A stretch of 39,931 nt of DNA from Folioceros fuciformis (lineage: Eukaryota), in NCBI GenBank assembly GCA_049999805.1, contig JBNGIO010002643.1, positions 1-39,931 on the forward strand. The letters are read 5' to 3'. Positions 22,696 through 32,300 of the stretch are shown here, in pieces (position 1 is the stretch's first letter; each line of letters begins with the position of its first letter). The position numbers and the translations under genes were made by a program. A model generated the notes under the pieces. That model worked only from the letters and a program-made list of their open reading frames with translations, ran no database searches and had not been told where the DNA came from.

Positions 22696-22985
22696 TTCCA
22701 GATCAATGGCCCGCGTTTATTTCCATAAGGTTCCGTGACCTGCAAAACCAGTTGCCAGCATGCAGAACCAGTAGCTAGGGCCACAACCATGGAGCTCATG
22801 TATAGATAAATCTGTAGTTGCCAGACAGGACTGCACTGCGATGTTCCAACCAGTGTGCAAAACAACTTCTGCTGAGAGGCAGAGAAGCAAGAAGTGCCAC
22901 AACAACATTCCGCATCAGAACTTTGAAGCGTGCAAGAAAGATCTCACAGTCGTTAACCGATCGACCCCGACTGGTAGTAGAAACC

Positions 22986-23154
22986 TTCGAAAAAAAAGTG
23001 GGCTCTGTGTGATCGGGTTCCCTTGGCCCGCACTGCAGCGTCGACGGTCGAAAATGTTCCCCGTTCCTCATGGCGGTGAACCAACATCAATGGGTACGCG
23101 AACAACCAGGCTTGGCAGGAGAACCGATCACACAGATCCCACTTTTTTCCCGAA
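22986..23154. mobile_element. Short foldback / MITE-like element with ~35-bp terminal inverted repeats
   Basis: ttcgaaaaaaaagtgggctctgtgtgatcgggttccct (22986-23023) pairs with aggagaaccgatcacacagatcccacttttttcccgaa (23117-23154). No clear target-site duplication is visible. Confidence 0.45.
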
Positions 23155-23968
23155 CTCATTGTGCCAGGAAATGACCAGGTCCGTCGTCCAGGCATCCTTG
23201 CAAAGCTGAAAAGGCCGGGAAGTTGGGAAGGCAAAGCGTCCGACGCGCAAGTTTACAAGTATCTAGAGCCCATGTTAAGAAACGGACGAAGGGAATCAGG
23301 GTGCGGCATACAAACAGAATAATGGCCTGCAAAACCACAAAACTGAGCCAGCATTTGTACAGCGCTGCTCAAATTCCAGAATCTTTGATGGCAAACAGGC
23401 AGCCGCCGGGTCACACGCGCAAATGCAGACGTGAGCCTCCAGAGGCTAGAGTGGGCCACCCTTGAGCTGCTGGAAGAAAAGGACATGCAAGCTGCACCAG
23501 ACACATTTCGCAGTTTGTAAAATCCTCAAAATTCCTTCACTAGTGCCATCTTCAGCAAGGATGCTTCCAGTCTGGCAGCCAGATCACCATGTTTGCCTGA
23601 AACAACTGATTACACTGTTGATGAATTCGATGCTTTAGATGGACAGACTCGGCTGGAGCCTCACGGTCAAAGCCTAGGCTAGACGTGGCTGCAGGAACGA
23701 ATGTCTCCAGAATCTTTCAGGGGAACAGAAAGCGCACAAGTGGTGCTACAGACTTGCGACAGACAAGGACAACGCGAAGCTTCGTTCTTTCTGCGCTGCG
23801 TTCAATTGAGCTTCAGGATAGTGGTACAACGTTCTACTGCACAGAAAGGTGGAACAACTTATTCCCCGTGGCACTGTGCAGACAGAACGGGTTCACATTG
23901 AAGCGAATGGATTCCGAGCCCGATGATCGCTAGCTACTCAATTGCGCCCTGGATTCGATCCTCACTTG

Positions 23969-24718
23969 TTAAGACTGGAAGCCGGCTGGCTTCTGCACCA
24001 AGAAAGCTACGACCTGCACCTGCCTGACGTTGTCAAAGCCGATGACCCTGATGAAGGAATTGGGGTAGGCCTTCCGGGCCTCCTGCACCTCCCGCAGCAC
24101 CTGGCCCGCGTCGTTGGCGCCGAAGAGAGGAAGCTTCCACAATGTGTAGTAGCGCCCGTCGTAGTAGCCGGGGCCCGCGTAGTTGGTCTTCGACACCGAA
24201 GACACCTGCGGGGGGGCTCACCTCATTATTGCAAAGTTGCGAGCACCATTGTGCCACGGGCAGCGTGTAGAACACAACGTATGTACACCACATTCCACCC
24301 ATGTGATGGGCCTACCGTGTCGAACTCGACGGCGGGGATCAGGTTCTTCCTGATGAGGAAGCTCAGCTGCTTGTAGATCTGGTCGTCAGTGAGGGGAGGC
24401 AGGTACGACAACGTCTCGAACTTGAGGTTGGTGTTGGGGTTCACCACCTGCGGCCACAGGAGTAGGGGCATCAATGTAAGGCGCAGCGCATGGCCGGCAG
24501 CAAGCTTGCAATTACGGGTGTCGTCATACAAGGAAGGCATTCGTGCGGCTGCCATTGGAGACAGTCTTGGCGGCGAGCGAGGAGGTGCCGATTCCGGCTC
24601 CCAGAGGCAGAGGAGCGACGCGCAGGCCGGTGGTGGAGGAAGCAGCCACTGCGCTGGGCCTGGACACGCTGCATGACGCTGTAGCCAGAGAGGAGGAAAC
24701 GGTGGCGAGGGCGGCCAT
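23969..24718 (-). CDS. RBCS: Rubisco small subunit precursor, divergent Cys/Met-free mature chain; exons 24718-24530, 24447-24316, 24205-23969
   Basis: The transit peptide ends ...[10 protein letters not shown]. Core motifs are [27 protein letters not shown] and [13 protein letters not shown]. It has two phase-0 GT-AG introns at typical RbcS positions and strongly GC-ending codons. Confidence 0.96.
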
Positions 24719-24824
24719 AGCTGCTCTTTCACCCGACACAATTCGGCTGTAGCGTCACTGTGGGTTGCTGCCTCTCAGACGCTTAGATACTCCCATACGG
24801 CAGCTGTTAAGTAGGTTGCGTTAC

Positions 24825-24903
24825 GGTCCAGATGCAGCGCATCTGGGACCAGGTGCGATGTATGCATGCTGCCTTGTACTTTGTTAATTTGTTACATGTA
24901 CCT
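24825..24903 (-). promoter_or_regulatory. Putative EIL/SLIM1-type elements upstream of RBCS: a UPE-box-like palindrome (24825-24850) and ATGTACCT (24896-24903)
   Basis: Gene-strand AGATGCGCTGCATCTGGACC matches the UPE-box consensus, recalled as AGRTWCATTGAAYCTRGACR, at 15/20 positions. ATGTACCT fits the EIL site AYGWAYCT. Confidence 0.4.
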
Positions 24904-25195
24904 GTCCTACAACTTCCCTTCCCTTCCCTCCCATTCCTTGTATCAAACTTTCATATCCCCATGCTCCGCTACCACTCCCTCAAGTCCGTGACCCATGATA
25001 GCCCATACATTTGTTATCACATGAATTTTTCATCCTTCCTTGGACATGCTCCGGTATGTGGCCTTTCTCTACATATGGAAGAATGTTGAACCATATGCAT
25101 ACAAATTATGGATTTTTTGTGGATTTAATTAGTTAGAATTTTAAATATATGCGGAACGAGGGTTTTGTATTTCAAGTACTGGCATTGGTATTTGA

Positions 25196-26440
25196 TCACA
25201 ACAAGGCCCACGATTGGGGATGGGGCAACGCAGGCCTCGCATTATTCCACGTAGATTCAAGCCAGTCCAGCATCTCAGTCGACTTCAAACTGGTGAAGGC
25301 ATGAAAGCCGAAAGCCAAACTGAGCTCCATGGCCACCGATTTCTTGACCCATGACCACTCCGAATTTCCCACCGCCGTCGGCAGCAGATGCAGAGACTCC
25401 ACCAGTACGTCAAAGTCCCACGGCTTCTCCACCGTCGTCTCCTCGAAATCTGTCTCCCAAGTCCCTGGCTCAGGTGGCCTCAGGAAGCCATCGGAATCCA
25501 GATACTTGTGCACGCTCAGAGCCTGGTAGACGGTCGCTGAAACAGGAGCTTCAAGTCCCACAATCCGCTCCGTGAAAAAGGTCTCGTTGATGGGGAGCGG
25601 GTCGCATACAACGGACCCCACAGGAATGCCCTTGGCACCGAGCTGTTGAATGTGACGCAAAATAACCGGTTCAGCGCCTTGGTCCCGGGGCATCTGCAGC
25701 CAAAAGAGGCACGTTCCCACATTCGTCAGAGCCCATGTCCCAGAACCATGGATGCAACAACAACGAAGCGTGTCGCGAGTGATGGTCAAGGGACAATGTG
25801 GCGATTGCGCGCGCGATGATGCACTTACATGGACGTAGAGAACGGGAGGATAGGAGGCGGCCTCCGCGGCTTCCACAGCGGAATCCTGCCCTGCGCACAC
25901 CATGAGAAGCATGCCGGCGATTTGCAGGTCCGGGGCGAGCGCTAGAGTGCTGGCGAGGTCCCCGCCTTGCGAGACCCCCATCACTGTGAACGGGAGGTGC
26001 TCCAGCCGGTGCTCTCTTCTCCATTGCTGAAGGAAGCAAGCCACCATACGCACGTCCGGGTTCTCGCCCGGGACCGGGCTGAGGATCCATTCGTTGCCCC
26101 CGCTGGCGCCGGCCTGGATGGAGATGACCGCGTAGCCTCGCGCCAGAGCGGCCTTGGTCACGAGCCTCTCTTCCGGCAGGCTCGAGCAGATCGCGCAGGC
26201 GGGAGCTTCATCCCAGAAATTCTCCGCCCGCTCGTGGCTCCTCCCGTGCGCCACAAACAGGATGGCCCGGGGCTGCGCTGGGATCTGCCAGATTGCGTAT
26301 GTCCCGTTTGGAATGTTCTGGAAGGTGGGAGACAGTGGGGTGTCCTCAAGCGTCTGCACCTTCACCCCCCCATAACTCAGCACAACTGTGACACACAGCA
26401 AGACCAGGGCAAACATCCTGCTTCCTATACCTCTGCCCAT
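25196..26440 (-). CDS. Secreted alpha/beta-hydrolase-fold protein of an uncharacterised plant family; exons 26440-25829 and 25693-25196
   Basis: Signal-peptide-like FALVLLCVTVVLSYGG, then ILFVAHG...FW...C..C..LPEE...ALARGYAVISI and nucleophile elbow GVSQGG. YVH|MPRD is joined across a GT-AG intron (25828-25694). Confidence 0.8.
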   Translation of the reverse strand: MGRGIGSRMFALVLLCVTVVLSYGGVKVQTLEDTPLSPTFQNIPNGTYAIWQIPAQPRAILFVAHGRSHERAENFWDEAPACAICSSLPEERLVTKAALARGYAVISIQAGASGGNEWILSPVPGENPDVRMVACFLQQWRREHRLEHLPFTVMGVSQGGDLASTLALAPDLQIAGMLLMVCAGQDSAVEAAEAASYPPVLYVHVSASSRAQSPHCPLTITRDTLRCCCIHGSGTWALTNVGTCLFWLQMPRDQGAEPVILRHIQQLGAKGIPVGSVVCDPLPINETFFTERIVGLEAPVSATVYQALSVHKYLDSDGFLRPPEPGTWETDFEETTVEKPWDFDVLVESLHLLPTAVGNSEWSWVKKSVAMELSLAFGFHAFTSLKSTEMLDWLESTWNNARPALPHPQSWALL

Positions 26441-26813
26441 GGTGATCACCTGAAGCCAAACAAGACCCGGAGGTGAAGAGTAGACGGGATGAAGAAGATG
26501 ACTGAATTATTGTCGCCACTGACATCTCGGCAGCTGGTTTGTCCGTGCATCATCGTCAGATGGGTTACGGATGTACTCTAGATTTGGAAAGATGCGTGGG
26601 GGCTGACAAGCTTTTAAAAACTCGATTGCGTGAGCCTGAGGCCTTTCTCTGTTGGACCACAACTACATGTGATTCTGTGACAGAGAGGATTGATAGATAG
26701 GTATGAACATAGAATGTATGTGATGTGGAGACATGTTTGCGAAGAGTTCTGAGAGACTCACGTAAGAGCAGGCACGCCGTTGGCTGCATGAATCAAGGGG
26801 AGGGGATCCGAAG

Positions 26814-26877
26814 ACCGGGGATGCAAAGAGAACCACAAAACCAGGGGATGCAAAGAGAACCACAAAACCAGGAGATG
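26814..26877. repeat. Tandem repeat, 27-bp unit, ~2.3 copies
   Basis: atgcaaagagaaccacaaaaccagg occurs at 26821 and 26848. Confidence 0.9.
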
Positions 26878-27166
26878 TCCAACTCCGCTGGAAATGAAAA
26901 TGTATTGCGAGGGGCCTGGAAGCTTTTAGGAGTCAGGGAGAGAAGCGGCGAGAAGGGCACCAAGAGACAGAAGTGAATAGGTTGTGCTGGATCGATGACG
27001 ATATTTGTTGGTGGGAACTCGGAGATGCAGGTGAGCTGTTTCTGCGAGAGGCGGAGCGGGGGCGATTTTATTTTCCTTGTGCGCCGATCAAGGTCTTACT
27101 AGTTTTGGATGGTGTTCTGCCCGTGTTGATTCAGTGCGCGAGAAGGTAAAGGCAGCTATAAGGGCC

Positions 27167-27788
27167 ATGGCGTTTGATGTCTTTCTTCGGCCGGGGAGCC
27201 ACAAGGGTTTGGGATCCCTTTTCCTTCACCGACGTGTGGGATCCCTTTTCCTTCACCGACGTGTGGGATCCGTTGGAGAGCACTGTTGGAGTGATCCGAA
27301 GCACAGCGGCATCCAGGGATGTTGCTTCCGTGATCAACACGAGGGTAGACTGGTTGGAGACTCCGACCGAGCATGTTATCAAGGCAGATTTGCCAAGTAG
27401 ATGACGGCACGACTTGTGCCCGCTGTTTCAAGATCTGGCTCATTTTGGCGAAGGTCGGCATGGATGCATGTTCTTCAACTGTCCTATTCAGCGCTGCTTG
27501 CCCGTGCCACAGCCCATGAATGTTGCGTGCAAGATTCTGGCGAGCTGAATGTGGAATTGCCATTCGTGAGGAAGGCCTGGGCAAGGAGGAAGTGAAGGTT
27601 GGGAAGTGAAGACAACACTGTGTTGGAGCTGAGCGGCGAGCGTTGCCGACAGGTCACGGTTTCGGTTGCCAGACAACGCCACGATGAATGACATCATTGC
27701 CAAGGTGGAGCACGGAGTTCTGGTGCTCCACGTTCCCAATTCCGAACCCCAGAAGGCGGAAGCTCGCAGCGCACATGTGATTGCTTAG
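27167..27788 (+). pseudogene. Cytosolic class I small heat-shock protein (HSP20) pseudogene
   Basis: WDPF...NTRVDWLETPTEHVIKADLP, then GLGKEEVKV / EDNTVLELSGER / RFRLPDNA...AKVEHGVLVLHVP in shifting frames. The conserved WHRxERxxGKF segment is absent, and a 27-bp WDPFSFTDV duplication lies at 27210-27271. Confidence 0.8.
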
Positions 27789-29328
27789 AGCAATCGGTCA
27801 GTGAACTCTTTTGTACCTGTGGTACCCACCGCCAGGAGCAGACAACATGGGATTGTACTGCTCGTTGGTAGCACCAGTAGGGAACCTGGACTCTCGTGCA
27901 CTCTGCACATGAATATGCACAGTCTGTCAATGAACGTTGTGTTCCCCTCATCGGCAGGGGTTGGTCGAGGAGTTCTCGCTCACGTCAACTCATGGGCTCC
28001 AGCGACTTAGCCTCCAGGTGCCGCAGAGTACGAAGCTGGGTGGAGACGAGTTATTTACCGATGGGAGTCGCCACCGTTTTTTTTTTTCCCCGTCGTGGAC
28101 CCTACGATGTGGTGGGCCAGTATACCACATAGCTACCCTGACGTGTAAAGATCGTCGAGTAACAGCAAGAAAGTTTTCCACGGAAGGACCAATTTCCATG
28201 ATATGACTTGGTGCCTAACATTCTCCGTGGTGTATGAAACAAATCGCACTGAGGGCATCCTTAACGACAACTTGCATGAATGGGCATTTTGGCTTAAATG
28301 GCGATCGTCTCTTTTCCGGTTCATACGCCTCCTTAATCTCGTTCCTAGCTATGGGGTCTGCATCAACTTAGAGTGCTGTCATCACACCTGTCGGACAGGA
28401 AAAATCAAGCTGGAAGGAACCGTTCTCTCTCGCTCAAATGAAGATACGTACTTCACATCGATTTATTTCAGATTCAGGGCGTCACCGCCATTTGACATTC
28501 TTCCGTTCTTCCCAAGATGGGGCAAGCAGAAACCTGGAAGCTTCCACGATACATCACATCACCTTGGCTACAGCTTGATATCAGATTGTGTAAGCAGCAG
28601 CGATCCTGACGTACTGGACCCTGCTGCGTTACCCGACTTATAAAGTTGCACACCCTGGAGAACAAAATTGCTGAGATTTGACAGTGCGTATACAACCCAT
28701 CATTCGGTGACATCAGCAGGTTGGTGAGTGACTACTCGTACCTCTTACCTCATCAACTCACTTTCGCAGTCGAGAGACCGTTCACCTCAGTTTCGGTTGC
28801 AAAAGGGTACCCTTCTGTGGTCCCTAGCATGACATGTGCGAGCTGACCTGTGCAAGATTTCGCTGTATCTTGGCAGTCAAGACACATGGCTCACTGCACC
28901 TTTGGTTCTCACCAATTTACACTTGGTGATTCGAAATATGCTTTGAGTTGAAGAGCCAGAGGATTGGCGGAGAAGACTTTGATGAAGATTTTGAGCGGAT
29001 GGCTTCCCTGTACCATGCGAGCGTGAGAAGCTGCTGCGAAGAAGACAAAGACATATTCCACACAAGCAGCAAATGCCTAACTGCCACCTTTCGAGGGCTC
29101 AGCTACGCCACAAGCGGTGGATACTTATCAGGCAACACCTCATGCTTACCGTCCTCAACCTTGTGCTTTACTTCCTTCATGAAACACGTTCTGTAACCTA
29201 TGTAAAGTCAATGACTAGACTGGTATGTTCAAAGTCAATGCAGGAAGTGTACCGACCCAGCACCAATCCTCGTCTGTGGTGATGTTACGTTAGAGACTTA
29301 TCACATCAGAAGGTCCCATCTGTTAGTG

Positions 29329-32300
29329 TTATGTCTTGACACTTGCATGCTTATGGAAAGGCCAAAGGTTAACAAGGCGCTCCAGAACTCCTCCACCTTT
29401 CATAAACAAGCCTGAGAATCCTTGCGGTGTTGTGGCTGGAGGGAAATCCTCTGCTGGCATTGCAAATGGGCGAATCAGCCTTTCCATCCTGTCCAGTGAC
29501 ATGTACGACCCTTCCTCCTGGAGTGTTTCAGACGGCAGAACGGGTAGTGTGTGATCACGATTCAGGGGTGAAGCCTGTAACATCAGGCGGTGTTAGTGCA
29601 AAGCACTGGATCTGACGTCCCCGTCCTGGCCCAAAACAACATTCAGGGAACAGATGGTATGAATTTGTCAACTCTTCACAATGTACAGCAACAAATTACC
29701 TCAAGTGGACTCAAGGCTGCCCCAGGACTAAACATGAGCTCAATACGGAACCTTCTTGGATCTTCCAGTGATACCTGAATTCAAGCAAGACAGATCTACG
29801 GTTATTCACATACCTTCATCGCATCCATCATACAAAATCAAACAAGGAAATGGAGGGAAGTGATGAGGTGCTCCTACCTCTGTATTTTCATACATCCTGA
29901 GTACTATGTGCGTCAAGTAATCTAACTCCTTAGTCTGGAAGATTCTCAGTAGAGCATCATTGGAAAAAAGCCCTGCTTCCCCTTGCAATGAATCATCCAG
30001 GTAGCAATATCGAAGGACATTGATCAACGAATGAATGTGTGATTCCTGCATTTACAAGAAAATCAATTTACCACATGCTGAAACCGCATAATTCACAACT
30101 CCCACCCCCAAGAAAGCGGGAACAGACTTACGGATGTGAAATAGAGGCGTGTGCGCACGTGCCTCTCTGGGGTCCTCACGTTAGCATACCTAGTTCACAA
30201 GACATGTACTGATTTGGTGGGTTTCTCAAGCAAAAACAGTTGCTTCTGTCCAGTTGAGACGGGAACCATAAGCTCCGTATCACTGACATGCACAGCATTG
30301 CTCGAAAGAGGTATTAACCGTAAGAAAGAACGCTTACTTGGGATCCAAACGATACTGTGTTTCTTTGTCATCGTCGTCATCTGGGTCCAAAGACTTCTCG
30401 CTTGAGCTCGACCTCCGGGACGTTTCCGTCTTTATCTTGCCATTGGGTTTCTCATTTGACCTACAAGTGAAATCATCAAAACTAGCTCTTGAAGTCCTTG
30501 AAGGTGACGGTGCCTTTGAGGCATCAGGAGTGCTCTTCAGCCCTGCTACGCTAATAGCCTCCTCTCTTGTATTGCGCAAGTCTATCATTATTTTCCCAAG
30601 CAATCTTCGTGCAATCTGCTCATATTGGCAGACGGACCGTGTTAGTCTGGGAAGGCTATATCATATAATTGCTTTTAAGCAAGTAAGTCTATACCTTGGA
30701 CCCTATCTTCAATTTGTGCTTCGGATTTATGCCATACTCGTTCGGAATAACGCCATCCGCAAGAGCCTGTACAACGTAGGTTAACATGTCGAACAAGCCA
30801 ACTGGGAGTGGGTCATGAGTCCATAGAAATACGTTTGTTCTTTGAGCACATGGTCAAGTTGTATTACCTTAGCTACTTTGTAAAGCTCATCCAGTCCATC
30901 AAGACCAAGATGTGCATTATGGAGAAGGTCATACCTACACCAAGCGAAGTGGCAGAACCCGTTGGCAAGCCTATCAAAAAACCCAACAACGCAGCTATTG
31001 ATTGCATGGCACCTAACACTCCCTCTCGCAAACCAAACCTGCTGCTTACTTTGCAGAATCGTAGATGTCAGGGATTTTGCTGATATCAAATCGCCTGCAT
31101 TACTGTATTCCGTCAGCTCCCGACAAAATAAGAAAAAGAAACCTCAAAAACAGTATATTCTACATCCTGAGAAAGTGAAACATATCCCTCCTCAGAGCGT
31201 AGATAATTCACCACAAGCAATTGTGGGCAGCATTGTTCAAGCCATGCTTGTAAAGACAGAAAACCCCTCTTTAGGACGATAATGTGAAAAACGCACCCTT
31301 TACGTTCATTGAAAATGTCACGCTCTAGCTTTTTCCACCGAGCATACATCAGCAAGAAGCCCTCACTACCACATGGGCGACCAGCTTCAATGCAGTCAGC
31401 GTCCATGTTCGTTTTACCCAGTGCACGCGCTTGATCATAAGGAGGGGGTTCCTCATCGAAGGAAGGCTCAACAAGCCGTTCTTCTGCTTTACAAAGAATC
31501 TTTACCTGTGCTGTAACTCTTTGAGTAAGATCAACCTGCCATCAGACAATCGATGCAGTTTACTTCACGAATCAGGCAATAGATCTTGTGGTGCATTCAA
31601 AGCAGGCACTATGGACTGAGACAGTTGGACTTTGTACAAACCACGTCATGATGCCTCAATTTCAAGAACGAAGTCGCAGCTTGCTTACCAGGTCTTTCAT
31701 CAGCTGCAAAGAGTTGGCCGGTAAACCCCCACCATCAACCATCCACGGGCAGTCCGAGTTTGATGCAGGTGGTGACTGGTCTTCATCCGTAATGATATCA
31801 TAGAGTCTGGCCTGCATGAGCTCACACTGAGTCATTGCTACTGGAAGTTTCACAGCCATCCAGCTATAGAAAACCTTCAAGTTTGGCTTCTCTATTGGTC
31901 TTCAGCATACCTTAGCTTCTTCCATCTCAATGCTTGCAGTGTCTAGACCATCAAGCATAGGGGAATCTTTGCTAACGAGAGAGACCTGAGAAGAAACCAA
32001 TTTCCACTTGCCTACCCTCAAAAAATAATGAGTGGCCAGCTGAGGTCAACATACAAAGGAATAATGCTCCTCCTACCAGGATGGGTGTTAGCTGTCCCTC
32101 TAGATCCAGCAGACCTTTCGCAAACGCAGCTGCTGACATCTGTGTTCAAAACAGGTAGAATCATGTACCATTTCAGGATCACAGGACACCCAATAATCTG
32201 ATGACTTGAACTTTGTGATGGCGAGGCCAAGCTGCATAACGGAACCTCCAAACAACACGAACAACACACAAATAGCAGAGAAGTCCATGACACACTTGAA

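Noticed and set aside
23900-23990. Possible hornwort-type RbcS with a long C-terminal extension
   Set aside because: The ORF stops right after QKPAGFQS, so there is no extension.
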